Below the pieces are notes generated by a model that was given only the letters and a program-made list of their open reading frames with translations, did not search any database and had not been told where the DNA came from. Shown one piece after another: positions 23,758-37,241 of a stretch of DNA of 64,000 nucleotides. The translations under genes and the position numbers were made by a program. Origin of the DNA: Ramazzottius varieornatus (lineage: Eukaryota > Animalia > Tardigrada); assembly GCA_001949185.1 (NCBI GenBank), contig BDGG01000004.1:4063777-4127776 (forward strand). The letters run 5' to 3'. Numbering within the stretch: position 1 is the stretch's first letter; every line of letters begins with the position of its first letter.

Positions 23758-26700
23758 GACCGCGGATAGAACTCCGGATGATATCAGTAAGAGTCAAACT
23801 TCACAAAATATGATAAAATTGGGTTCCCATTTTTCTGGCTTTTTAGGCCAGATTCTTGCCGGCCTGCAAAACTTCCAGCCCTTGCAGCGATTACATCCGA
23901 GCCTGCTACGTCACATGAGCCAATATGCCTTTTGTGAAGCCGTGGAAAAGAATGTCACGCGTAAGATTTCAGCAGGCCATTTCCGGTTGCCGCTTTCTCC
24001 ATCATTGCTTCTTGCTCGTGATTCACAACCTGATTGACTTCCTCGTCACGCATTAATGCACAATAATAATTTTTCCCTTTTGTGTAGTCTTCCGAGAGGG
24101 TGACATCACAAAGAACTGGTACGCCGTAGTCGAAGGACGACTTCGGGTCATCAAAGGCGGCCAGGTATGAACCTTCATCCTCTTTTTTTTGTGATGCCTG
24201 ATGGATCGTCGCTAATGCTTTTTGATTTGTGTAGAATTATGTGATCGGTAAGGGCGCTGTTTTCGAAGAAATTACTAGCTACGATAACAAGCGGAAGCTC
24301 ACTGTTGTGACCAAAGAATTTTGCAATCTGATTCGCCTCGAAAGAAAACAAATGAAATTATTCTGCAAGGTAGGTTCTTTTCTAATTGCCGGTCGAGTTT
24401 CCCGGCATACTCGTATGTTTCTCACCGGCTATCTTTCCCCACAGAGTCATCCCTATCAGCTCAAGGATGTGCTTGCGACAACCGTCCTGGAACTTGACCA
24501 AATAGGTTCGTAAAACTTGTCAAAATGCCGAGAGAAAAAGACGCAAGTAAAATGGGAAGCTGGCAAACAACCTCGGGATGATCGTGATGTCAAGAGGGCG
24601 CAGTTTTGTTTGTTATTGACTAGAAACGTACGTCGCTTGACATACGATCATCCCGAGATTGTTTGCCGGTCTCCCAAATAAAGTTTATAATAAATTCTTG
24701 CGGGTGGATTTTGATTGCTCTGGTCTTCCAAAGTAGATTTGAACTTCGGAATGAGGGTTTGAGTTTCGGCAAGACGCCTAATCTTTTTGCTTGTTATTAT
24801 AAGCGTCCTTGCGTGGCTGACCAGAAGTGGTTTTGATTACAGAACGGCCATCCGATATCGATGGCGACTTGGACACCGCGTTGGCTCCTCCGCCCCGCAT
24901 TACAGTCAATAGCCATTCGGATCAACACAACGGAGTGGGCGACGCCAGTCTTCCGGTAGCTAGCCATATGTCGCGCTCTGTTGTCCTTCTGAATCGTATA
25001 GGGGGTATCCATAAAAGTTATTTAAGTTCCCATAAGTGCCGCGACGCCTCTCATCTCGCATTCAAAATCCGGCACAATAATAAGATTTCACATAGAACAT
25101 GTTACAATTTAGAGCCATTGAAGCCTGCGCCAAATGCTTAAGCTTCCGGTTGTGATATTCATGAGCGCAATCAATAGCCATTCCACTGGATTATAATGTT
25201 CCCCGTTGCTTACAGGACTCCTCCGGATTCGATAACGCTCAAGTAAGTCAAAAGAAACTCTGGATAAATTGCGTACTTTTTCTGACTGTAATTCATGCTA
25301 ATTGTTCGCACTTTCACTAGGCGGAAACTGGACTCGACCCAGCGTTGCTCGATCTGGAAGGCGTTAAGGTAACTTTCGTTTACACAGCAGAACTCCGGTA
25401 GTTGATTTTTCGCTTTTTGCGGGGTTCTTATTAGGGTCTGTTTTGAGCGGGGTACTGAGGTAACGGTTTCCCTGTTTTTACAGCCGCGCAGTCCGCCAAT
25501 ATCGGAAACTCAAGCCAGCCTATTGCTCACGTCGATAATTGACTCTTTCCCGGATTTCGTACACCCACAGTTGGGAAGGAAGCACTGCATCAGCGCTGAA
25601 CATTTAATGACTTACGTGGCCGATGTGACGCAGGCCCAGTCGATGAAAGAAACGCTGGGAATATGTCAGGTCCTTCTGGAAGATGCCGTCATAAAACCAC
25701 GTATGTCATTTTTCCTAATGAAATGTGGTTATTTTTACGACTTTAAAGGGGATCTTTCGCGCTGTTTTTAGTGGATAGGAAAACGCCGATTACGGATTTT
25801 CAGACCACGCCCACCTTTGTCTACTTTTTCCCTAATGTGTCACCACAAGATTCGATCGATGAAGACGAGCTGCAATCCTTGCTTGACGATCTGATTCGGC
25901 ACGGAGGAGACGCTTTGTTGCGCATGACGCTGAGGAAGGCGCCAGAGCTCCGAACCGAGGAAGATCTGGACTTTATCTATAATGAATTGCTGCACATTAA
26001 GGCGCTGGCACATCTGTCAACCATGATCAAGCGTGAACTGGCCAAAGTTGTCCTGCTAGAGTCGCACAGCAATGCCGGCACTGTCTGTAAGTACTAACTA
26101 CCGCTTCTTCCGCTTCTCATTATCTTATCGCTCTGGGACCATTTTGTCATACGTGAGCTTGGCGAACTAAACTCAAATCTTGTGATGCACATGCATACAC
26201 GCTCGCCAGGGAATTATTCTTGTTGAAGTATGCAGGTAGATGATGTTGCGTGCGCCAGTTCAGACGGGATAATGCGCAGATCTCTCAAGTACTCTCGAGT
26301 ACGTGCATCAGCGTGAAGCAGTGCTGAAACAAGCGAGCAACTGTATGCATGTGCATGAAGGATCTGTATCTTGCTTACCGCTTTTCGTCGCTGTTTCACT
26401 TTAATGCGCTGTTTTCTCTCTATTGATAGTGTTCAACCAGGGTGACGAAGGGACGTCATGGTAAGTGGACAGATATGCATGTTGACACTGATTTCCCCTC
26501 TAGAGATTTGTGAGAAACTTATTAGATTTCGCTTTCAAATTTGCGGTTCATCCAAGCGAAATGCCGACGAAGACTCCGATTGTTTGTAGGTACATCATTC
26601 TGAAAGGATCGGTCAATGTGGTTATTTATGGCAAGGTTCGAGGCCCCATTCCCTACCCATAATTTGTCTTGATTTCCCTGTTGTCCATATTTTGACGTCT

Positions 26701-29682
26701 GCACCAGATGTAAATACCCAACTAATGAATGTATCTGCAGGGTGTTGTCTGTTCACTCCATGAGGGCGATGATTTTGGAAAGTTGGCTTTGGTTAATGAT
26801 GCGCCCAGAGCAGCTTCTATCATTCTCAGAGAACCCTGCCATTTTCTACGCGTGGACAAGAATGATTTCAACCGTATCTTGCGGGTAGTGGAAGTCCATA
26901 CTATATTAGGCCGATTGCCGAAACTAATTTGAGTGCTTTTCTGTCAGGATGTCGAAGCCAATACCGTGCGGCTAAAAGAACACGGAACCGATGTCCTCAT
27001 ACTAGAAAAGATCGGCGGGTCTACCAGAGGCTCAAAGGACAAGAACCACCGGTACTCTGTTATGGCCGGTACCGCCGAGAAGGTCCTCGAATACATGCTG
27101 GACAGTCGCTTAGATGACAATCATCAAGATCCCAACGGTAGGATGAAGTTTCAAAATCTGTAGATAGCCACTATTATGAAGTTCGGCGAACAAACTCAAT
27201 CAGATCGTTTGCTCAAGCAGCGCATGCTATCAGCCACTAATACGAAAAACTTGCGCCGCTTGGTAAAGCGACCTGATCGAGTTTTTGCCAAGCTTCCATC
27301 AGTGGTCGGTTCGTGTGGAAGGTTACGGTAACGGTGGGTGGTTTCAGACTTTTTGTTGGAGGACTACTTACTAACTTACCCGCTCTTTATTTCCACTGAT
27401 GACCTCTGCTCGAACCTGATGCGGTACTATAACAGCAAGATCCGTCAGACCGCAGATGGGGAAAGTGCCAAGAACCGCAGTCTGCTGAATCGGAAGCACG
27501 TCGTCGCCTTCATCAGATGCTGGTTCGAGGTCGACAATGATGTCATGTTCCAGAAAGCCGGAGTTCGCGACTTCCTCAAGGTAAAAATCTCAACATCTTC
27601 AAATGTTTTTGATTTCCTCCATGTGATAAATATGAATATCTGGGAGAGAAACTGAACAGATTTTTTTCTCAAGTGGCGCGCGTTTCCAGCGTTACTGGCT
27701 GAGGCTGTGCGTCACTTGGGAAAACGATGTGGTCTTGTTTATTTGCCCCCGTCCAGTTTATTCCCAAACTGAAAACTGCAATTAGGTTATTGTTTTTCCA
27801 GACGCTAGCTGATGCAGTGTACCATGATGCGAGCCAGTACGACCTGAAAGAGCAGCACATGACCATGGAGGAAATAATGGACGCCTGTGAAAAGTACTTT
27901 GAAGAGCTCCAGTCGGCCCAAGCCCAGCGCCAGCTCAATGTCTCCTCGGACTCCAACAAGTCCGACGATATTTCCCGCCCTATCCGACCAACCGACGAAA
28001 CCATCGTCAAGATCTACAACGGTTTGGATATTAATTCGTACACGGCAGTTCGTGTCACCGCTGATACGCGCACATCAGTCGTCCTGAAACTGGCCGCAAA
28101 AAAGCTACAGGTGGAAGGTCCGGTGGTCCTCGCGGAGATCAAGTCTAACGGAGGTACGGTACCACAACGTGTTAAGCGCACTGCAGTTGACGTCACATGC
28201 TTCTGTTACTTCGCAGAATACAACCTGTACAAGGATGATGAAATGAGCATCGAGACCAAACTTAGCGTGAATGGACGACTATTTTGCTGCACGAAAGAAC
28301 AGCTTGCTCATTTGGTACCGCAATTCATTTTCTATTAGGGTGTTGCATTCAGACTGGATGATTTGAACATTTCTTAAATGTTTTCAGAACCCATTACCGG
28401 AACAGCAAGGACCAAACGAGGGTTCTGGTAAAATACTGGAAACCATAAGCTCGAAAGAACTGGCGTATCACTCGACCATGTACGACTGGGCGCTCTTCCG
28501 CAACGTACACGAGGTAAGTTGGACATGAGTTGTCCAGTAGAGCGAGCTGCCTTTCTTAATGAGTTTGTATTCCTTTCAGAGCGAGCTGTTACATCACATC
28601 ATGGGTCGTACGAGCGGGATCACCAGCAACCTGGACCGGTTGATGCTGCGTTTCAACCAGATTCACCACTGGGTCACCACAGAAGTCTGTTTGACCGCCA
28701 GCCAGACGAAGCGTGGGCATATGCTGAAGAAGTTCATCAAGACTGCCGGACAGTACGTTCAGCTTGCTGCAAAAAGAGCACTTCCCGTGATGTTTTTTAC
28801 TAATTTTTCCCTGTACCTTTTCAGTTGCAAAGAGTACCACAATCTGTTTGGGTTTTGCGCCATCATAATGGGTCTGACTAACTCTGCTATAGGCCGCCTG
28901 GTCCAGTCATGGGATGTAAGGACTACAGAATAGGCTATTCTTGATAATCTAACAACTAATGTATTTGCTGTGTGTTTACAGAAAGTTCCGAGCAAACTGC
29001 AAAAGACGTTTCGTGAATATGAGTCTTTGATGGACCCAGGGCGAAACCATCGGTCAAGTCGCATGCTGCTCCATAACCTGCACCCGCCCATCATCCCTTT
29101 CATGCCACTCATCATGAAGGACCTCACCTTCACTCATGAAGGAAACAAGACCCATTTCGAAAATCTGGTCAACTTTGAAAAAATGGTAAATACTGTGGAG
29201 ACCTCGATGGACCTCTGTCAAGAATTACAGACTGATATTCTGGTGAACCTATATTACAGCACATGGTCGCCGACACGTTACGCCTGATACGATACTGCAA
29301 GAGCACGGATCTGAGTAAGTTGCTGACCCCGCCACCTGTTGACTATGTACACGTGTACACGAACTATAATTCTTTCGTAGACTTGCCGGTTCCACCGGTG
29401 GAAAAACCATCCGAGTTTAACATTGCAGCTTATGTCAGGTAAGAAATTTGTCTTGTCCGTCTTACAGTACGACCGTCGTAGACCTAATGTGTACCGGATA
29501 CTGGGCCATGACTTTATTATCAATATTAGTAATGCGTTTACGAGCCCGCTGTTTGCAGGAACCTCCGAGTAATCGATAATCAAAGACGCCTGATGCAGTT
29601 GTCCTTCAAGCGAGAACAGAAAAAATTTGAGAAGAATGCCAAACCAGACCCGGCGGGAGCACCTGCTGCGGAGACGAAGTAA
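23758..29682 (+). CDS. RAPGEF4: cAMP-regulated Rap guanine nucleotide exchange factor Epac (two cNMP domains, DEP, REM, RA, RasGEF); about 20 exons, start codon not resolved upstream
   Basis: '[30 protein letters not shown]', '[22 protein letters not shown]', '[13 protein letters not shown]', '[14 protein letters not shown]', '[22 protein letters not shown]'; extra N-terminal cNMP exon set ('[16 protein letters not shown]'). Confidence 0.93.
24553..24676. repeat. Intronic fold-back element in Epac
   Basis: GGCAAACAACCTCGGGATGATCGT pairs with ACGATCATCCCGAGATTGTTTGCC (1 mismatch), plus TGTCAAG/CTTGACA inside. Confidence 0.75.
26185..26356. repeat. Intronic inverted-repeat element in Epac
   Basis: Perfect 15-bp IR ATGCACATGCATACA / TGTATGCATGTGCAT, with GCTCGC/GCGAGC inside. 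Confidence 0.65.
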
Positions 29683-30786
29683 TCACAAGTGGGACAAGGT
29701 TCCTCATCGTTTTTTCGAATACTTGTAGATCACCTAGCTGCCTTATGCACACATTTTGTTCACATTTCTGAAACAATACTGCTTCGGCATGAGTCTTTAT
29801 AATTTTATAATGCGTTTCTCAGGTTCACGCCCATATTGCTTGTTAAGAATAGATTTTGTTGAAGAGTTCTTGCTTTTTGTTTTTTTATTTGTTCCGCGAT
29901 GCCGTCCTATTTAGTATGGGTAAACAAATTGTCAAAAAAAACTGAACAGTTCGACCAACTCCTCTTCGAATCAGGTTGATGGAAAACCTGATGTTGGGAA
30001 GACCCGTAACGAAGGTCGCGAGAGCGGCGAGAACTGGGAACTTATCAGCCTTACGAGCTCTTCCCTTCGACTTTACAACCAGATCTTTACGATTTCCTGG
30101 TGTTACAACCGGTGAGTTGTTACGGCTGGTTTGTTTTCATCGGCTTGTGTGGCCCCTTGAACAGCTATAGCCTACACTGCACGTGAGACTCTTCAGTCAC
30201 GGTGTCACACTGACAGATCAAAAATGGTTACGAACGTTTTACGACATACTTCTGTGCACTGCATGCCAAGTCATAAGGTGAGAGATTGTTGTTTTGGGAT
30301 TTGCGCTCAGTCGGTTCGCCGCTGATTAGGTAATTGACAATGATTTGTGGGCTGCATAATTAACCCCTTTCTGCGGTGGTTAATCTAACTTAACCTTGCG
30401 GAGAAGATGGACATCAAACCAATGGTTTATCAGTCTGTGTAGCTGATATAAGCATGCACCATGTCTCAGATCAACATGCGATACTAAGTTTATTGGTCAC
30501 ACGCCTTCCTAATGGACCATTCAGCAACCGACCCGCCAGGCATGTTTACTGCAAAACATTCGAAGAAGACGGCAATTCCGGCTATCACTATGTTGAAGTT
30601 TCGTGCTTCCGCTCGTCACATCTGATAAAAGTTTTTGTGTTCTAGCTTTGCTAAACTCGGGGTTGGTACACTTGGCGAGCTCAAAGCTCTGCTTCTCGAT
30701 AGTCGACATATTTCTTAACAAGGAAGTGAACCTTCTTAACTCCATAATTCCCTACTCTTACTCTTTTGTCTCAGTTTTTGTTTGAA

Positions 30787-33289
30787 ATGCCGAACGTTGA
30801 CGTGGATGGCGTGAATCATCCCGTAGAGGATGGCCACCCTCCTGGTTACTCGAGCCCGTTGCATAACGGACATTCTGATGGATCGACAAACGGACTGACA
30901 AATGGACAGGTGAATGGCATGACGAATGGCCATGCGAAGGAAAACGGAATACATTCGCGAATACGGGAGGAGAGCACCTCATCGAATTCGAGTGAAGAGC
31001 ACGAACATCACATGCACGAACACCACCACAGAGTTGGTGGAGGACCACTCAGGCCTAGATCCGCCTCATTGACCAACAGCCAGAGCCTGCCGGGAACGGT
31101 CATCAGGCTTCCGCCCAGCCACACAGATTACCGGAAACGCCAGAGTATCTGGTCGGGTTCAGACAAGATCCCAACGCAGGAGCCACCCGCCACGAGGGAC
31201 GACCCACTATACGACCCCGCTTGTGATCCAGAGCATCCGAAGGTCATCACATTTCAGGATATTTCCGCTGCGCAGTACAGATTACGAGGTGGCATCCAGT
31301 ACACACCTTGTTCGGTAAGTCGCCCAGTAAGCTGTACCGACAACCTCGCGAAAATTCTGATAATAAATGCCTTGGACTGAAATTATTTTACAGAAGTCGC
31401 ACATGTCCCAAATGACGGGAATGGACATCTATTTCAAGAAAGACTTGTTTCAGTACACCGGAAGGTGAGGCTGACTTCCATCACTTAAAGCAGTAGGGAG
31501 TACGGACGAAGTTGCTAAAATGGGTTTTATCCAGCTTTAAAGAACGAGGAGCACGAAACTTTCTCCTGCACATGACAAAAGTACGTAAAGAATGCTTTCA
31601 GAAGCGATATCAACTTTCCATTTTCTCATTTTTGGTCTCGTTGCTTTTGTAGAATGAAAGAGACATAGGAGTGATAGCGACCTCTGCCGGCAACCACGCA
31701 CTTGCACTCTCATACCACGGAGTCGCACTGGGAATTCCGGTGACCGTGGTCATGCCGCGGAACGCCCCCATCATGAAAGTAAGCCTGTGTAAGTCCTACG
31801 GAGCCACCGTCATACTAACCGGAAACAACATCGCAGAGGTAAGGAACGGGATTTGGAGGCTGGGTAAATGAACTGAACCAGATCGTTATCCCGAGTGGCG
31901 CACGATCCCAGCCAATAGCATCAGCCATTTGCGCCACTTGAGAAGAAAACCGGCTTCAGCGTATATGCCTAGCTCCCCTCTTGCAATCTCGAAGTTCAGA
32001 CAAACGCGTTACATCCGGATTCACTTTTCAGTCAAAAGATTTTGCGATGCGTATGGCTAAAGAGAAGAAACTCACGTACGTGAACGGATATGACCATCCG
32101 TACATACTGGCTGGACAAGGAACTTGCGGCTTAGAAATGCTGGAACAGGTTCCCGACATGGACGCTGCGGTATGTCTGTCCATTCTTGCTGTCTGTTTTA
32201 ATCTTGATTCTCCCGATAGAAGATTCTGCTGATTCAATTCTTTCCTCTCCCCTGGTTTTCCTGTTACACGTTCCAAACTGTCATACAGTAAATGGGTTAT
32301 TCGCTTGTCTCTAGATCATTCCGGTGGGAGGTGGTGGACTTGTTGCCGGCATGGCCGTAGCCCTGAAAACCCTGAATCCGAAAATCACCATAATCGGTGT
32401 AGAGTCGGAAAGATGTCCGGGATTCTATCAAGCACTGAAAGCTGGGAAGCCAACCTACACCTCAACCTCTTCAACGCTAGCCGATGGTCTGGCAGTTCCT
32501 GTTGTCGGTTTCAACTCGTTTGCGACTGCCGCTCCTCTTATCGACAAGGTACAATACTGCAGCACTTCACGAGTCTGTTCCACCCTTAGAGTTTGTGACT
32601 TCATTAGACTGGAATTCTCTTTGCAGATGGTGGTCGTCAAAGAAGAGTTCATCGCATTAGCGATCCTTCGTCTCGTCGAAATGGAGAAGGTTGTCGTAGA
32701 GGGCGCTGGAGCCACAGGTCTTGCTGCAGTTCTCTCTGGACAACTACCGGAACTCGTGGGCAAAAAGTAAGAACAGAAAGAGTATCATTCCGCTAGAAAA
32801 AAAACACTGATAGCCTTGTTAATACAGTAGTTGCCTGCAGAGAGTACAGTATGCTCGTTGAAGGGTCGTCATTCCGCTGACCGGCGGTAACATCGACACG
32901 ACCATACTGGGTCGCTGCCTGGAGCGAGGTCTCGCCACCGACGGACGTATGTGCCGCTTCCGAGCAGTCGTAACCGACAGACCCGGCGGGATCGCAGAAC
33001 TATCGAAACTCCTGGCCGATATGGAAGTTAGCATAAAGGATATCTTCCACGAAAGAGCCTGGCTCAAGCACGATGTCTTTAGGTATGTAAATTTTACTTT
33101 ATAAAAAAAAATTACTAAGACAGGAAACTGATTTTTCATTTTTGCAGTGTTGCCGTCAGTGTAGTCTGCGAAACTCGAGACGCTGACCATGCAAAAGAAC
33201 TAGAGGCTGCACTGAGAGCAAAATACAAGAAGGTCGACTTTGGCATGGCTCTTCCGGTGGAACTGACAGACGAGAATGAAAAAGCATAA
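30787..33289 (+). CDS. PLP-dependent L-threonine dehydratase/ammonia-lyase with C-terminal ACT-like domain, multi-exon
   Basis: 'FQYTG|SFKERGA' (PLP lysine), 'ATSAGNHA', 'NGYDHPYILAGQGT', 'PVGGGGL', 'VVEGAGA', 'LTGGNIDTTILGRCLERGL', 'TDRPGGIAEL'. Confidence 0.93.
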
Positions 33290-33719
33290 AACTTAAAACC
33301 ACCCAGGTTTGATACAAAATGGATGCTTCACATTTTATACCTAGAAAAAATGCACAGTAGTATTTTAAACTTCAAACTTTACCGTTAACCTTCATTAAAC
33401 TGATAAACCGGCGTAAAATATCGGGACTAGAAGTAGAAGTTCTCCTGCAACAAACACCCATTTATCAAAGACCGGTCTGTTCATGAGTACAGGCACGATG
33501 GAAAATTATGGGACAAGCGGAAAGGACGGCAAAATGGAAATTCGACCGTATAAAAGTGTCGAAGAGTGTAACACTATGAATCGGTCGCGTACGCACGGGC
33601 TTCCGTACCGCCGTAGCGAAAAGGCCTGTCCCATAATATTTACTGTATCATAATTACCCATCGTGCGTGTACGGTGATACTGTTTCATCTTACCGTCGAT
33701 GCGTTTCACTGAATAGTCA

Positions 33720-35106
33720 TCAAGGTTTGAGTACATGGTCAGTAGGAGTAGGTTTCTCGTAGCCGTACACAAACGTGGCGACGATAACCATAAAAGTTCC
33801 CAAAGTAAACACCCTGAAAATAAAACAAAGCATGGACACGTACAGCGATCAGTTCGTCGACCGGAAACAGAGTAGCACTTACATGGTCGGTATAAAGTCG
33901 TTGAGAAATACATAAGAGATGACGCAGGAGAGAATAATGGAGACTGCGCCGGCGAAACACTTGAGAATGTTGTCAGCGTAGCGAATTGTGAGCGCCACGA
34001 TGATACCTCCCACACCCTACGACCAAAAAGGCACTGCATAGTACGCTCAAGCCATCCGCTTGATAAGCCAGAACGCCGAAATAAGAAGTGCACTTACGTG
34101 GAAGGTTATGACGACCCAAGTGAGCCAGTTATAGCCTTGAAAGAAGCCGCCTTCCCGAACAGCAGCCCAGTCTGCGACGATGACTCCGGCTAAGGCGATG
34201 ATAATACTGAAAGCTCCTACAATAATGAGTTATAATTAGTTTTACAAACCGAAAAGCCAGCAGTGAATCAATAAAGAGCATACGGTTACATACCTAGTTG
34301 AATGTTTCGGATCCACAGGCTGGTTTTGCTGCTCTTTAACAGCTTCTCGAAATATACCCCTGAGAAGCCACTCGAAAAGCACGCAGCGATCACAGCTGTC
34401 AGACCTATAAGAGTATTTCCTTCTTTCTTCTTGACCGTCGCATCGGTCCCGGCCGGCATCTGAACAAGAGCTACTCCGATTGTGAGGAGCAGCACGGCAA
34501 TCCACTGATGCGAAGCGATCCGTTTGGACAGCATCGTCACGGAGAATATTGCTGTGGTTAGGATCTTCAGCTGATACGTAACCTGGAGCAGAAAAAGTCG
34601 TTCACTAAACATTTACACAGCATTAGACCGAGTAGCCTACCTGATACGTTGCAGCATCCAGGTGTGAAAGAGCAAGAAACAAGAGATTGTTTTGGATAGT
34701 ATATAAGGCTGCTGGGATGAGAAGCTTGAGCGTCTCGACCGGCTTCAGCCATATTTCTGCATGCAGGGATCGCACTACCTCGACAACACTTCCACCTGCA
34801 AGTAGCATAAAGTTGTTTTACGCTCAGATGGACAATGGAGAAGACCAGATCTCGCGTACCGCTCTGGACCAGCATCACCGCAAGACATATTAGAACTTTT
34901 AGCACTTCTGTCACAGCTACTGCAGTCGACGAGAGGTATTTGACTCCAGAAGCTGTCCGGGAGACGCGCAGTAGCAGGATAATGGAAGTTGTCTGCAGCA
35001 CCAGAGTGAAAAGGGCTGCGTATTTGTAGATCTTTGGAGTAGGGACTGGCGGTGCATTGGGCACAAACACCTTTTCCGGTGGTCCTTCTGGATACGCTCG
35101 GCTCAT
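33720..35106 (-). CDS. SLC35A2: Golgi UDP-galactose/UDP-GlcNAc transporter (SLC35A2/A3 family), multi-exon
   Basis: '[14 protein letters not shown]', '[25 protein letters not shown]|[11 protein letters not shown]', '[12 protein letters not shown]', '[12 protein letters not shown]'; A2 versus A3 cannot be resolved by eye. Confidence 0.88.
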
Positions 35107-35447
35107 GATGCTGGATGAAGGCAAGAGGCTACGCTTGCGGCGTAACGTTGTCCACGAGCGTCCAGATAATCATCGTCCCAGAAAGAAAGGCGCAATCCAG
35201 ATCCGAGAAATTTCTCGTCCAAGTATCCCAGGAGACGAAAAGTTTGATCAAACGTGTCAACAGGAAAACTTTGCAGAATAGGCAAAGAGTGCCAAAGACG
35301 AGTCAAAGACCGTGAAAAAGAGGTACAATAGCGGATCAACCAATCAAAGGGTCGCGTGGATCTACGCTCAATCAAAATAATTTTAATCAAGCGTTGATAA
35401 CCGAATTTCGATGCTACGCCCAATTGTTTTTGACTTTTTGCTTTCTA

Positions 35448-36703
35448 AGCTGTGTTTCATTTGCTGATGCGTAGCACTTTTGCTACCCTGGCCACGCAAG
35501 CGTTCGTCTTTCCCAGAATCTGAAATGGCTATAATTTTTTGCTAGCTCGTGGGGAACGAATGGCCGTTACAGAAAGTCGAGATCAGCTCTTGGTCATCCC
35601 GCTAACGGGGAATATCAGCCGATAAGATCTTTGATCCTCGTCATGTACGACCCCGTACACGAACGTACGACGGGAATCAGGCCCCAGTCATAACGGACTG
35701 TCAGTGCAGTCCACCTACCAATCAACATCAGACTTGGGCGTTGTGCATCGCACACCGTCAAACTAACGTGCCNNNNNNNNNNNNNNNNNNNNNNNNNNNN
35801 NNNNNNNNNNNNNNNNNNNNNNNNNNNNNNNNNNNNNNNNNNNNNNNNNNNNNNNNNNNNNNNNNNNNNNNNNNNNNNNNNNNNNNNNNNNNNNNNNNNN
35901 NNNNNNNNNNNNNNNNNNNNNNNNNNNNNNNNNNNNNNNNNNNNNNNNNNNNNNNNNNNNNNNNNNNNNNNNNNNNNNNNNNNNNNNNNNNNNNNNNNNN
36001 NNNNNNNNNNNNNNNNNNNNNNNNNNNNNNNNNNNNNNNNNNNNNNNNNNNNNNNNNNNNNNNNNNNNNNNNNNNNNNNNNNNNNNNNNNNNNNNNNNNN
36101 NNNNNNNNNNNNNNNNNNNNNNNNNNNNNNNNNNNNNNNNNNNNNNNNNNNNNNNNNNNNNNNNNNNNNNNNNNNNNNNNNNNNNNNNNNNNNNNNNNNN
36201 NNNNNNNNNNNNNNNNNNNNNNNNNNNNNNNNNNNNNNNNNNNNNNNNNNNNNNNNNNNNNNNNNNNNNNNNNNNNNNNNNNNNNNNNNNNNNNNNNNNN
36301 NNNNNNNNNNNNNNNNNNNNNNNNNNNNNNNNNNNNNNNNNNNNNNNNNNNNNNNNNNNNNNNNNNNNNNNNNNNNNNNNNNNNNNNNNNNNNNNNNNNN
36401 NNNNNNNNNNNNNNNNNNNNNNNNNNNNNNNNNNNNNNNNNNNNNNNNNNNNNNNNNNNNNNNNNNNNNNNNNNNNNNNNNNNNNNNNNNNNNNNNNNNN
36501 NNNNNNNNNNNNNNNNNNNNNNNNNNNNNNNNNNNNNNNNNNNNNNNNNNNNNNNNNNNNNNNNNNNNNNNNNNNNNNNNNNNNNNNNNNNNNNNNNTCC
36601 CCACGAGCTAGCAAAAAATTATAGCCATTTCAGATTCTGGGAAAGACGAACGCTTGCGTGGCCAGGGTAGCAAAAGTGCTACGCATCAGCAAATGAAACA
36701 GCT
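35448..36703. mobile_element. Young non-autonomous DNA element with long TIRs, spanning an assembly gap
   Basis: At least 105 bp of near-perfect inverted repeat (35448-35555 versus 36598-36703), TA at both outer flanks; right arm runs into the N gap. Confidence 0.8.
35773..36597. other. Assembly gap (N run)
   Basis: Continuous N bases. Confidence 1.
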
Positions 36704-37241
36704 TAAATTTCTGTGCAAACTCTGCTTCAGTGGCATACATGAGCTGCTAAAGGAGGCCTTACCGGAACGTCAACCACACTAATCGAACGATTACGTTCCG
36801 CTAACAAATAGGTAGGACCGATATGGTGTACGTCATACGTTGGTGATATACAGTACGTGATGCGATGTAATCTACTAACAAAACTCAAGATGAGCTCTTC
36901 ATTCAATCAAGGAATCCGAGCAACAATCGGAAAACCGTCTCGCAAAATACAAGCAACCGCTGGGCTGCAAAAAGCGTGAGTGACATAGTTTGAACCGGGT
37001 CTTAGTGTGTGGAAGTCTACACCACGTACACTTTACCAACTGTTTGATAATTATTAATCAAATGCCGTTTTCGCCAGCTTGCAGTTTTGGCAGGCCATGT
37101 GCAAGTAGATGTCCCTTTTAGCAGCTCATCACTCCAGTGGAGTCACTCAGTCACCGGAGATCGGAGGCTCCCGAGCGAAGAAATCTTGGTCGCTTCCTGT
37201 TGTTCTTGCTCGACGCTTGAACAGACTGAACGGAAAGGAGG

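Noticed and set aside
30787-33289. Horizontal transfer of a bacterial tdcB/ilvA-like gene
   Set aside because: Intron-rich, and ACT-bearing threonine dehydratases are known in invertebrates; nothing in the sequence demands HGT
35615-36670. Long ORFs of 283-329 aa in the ORF track
   Set aside because: Artefacts of translating the N gap
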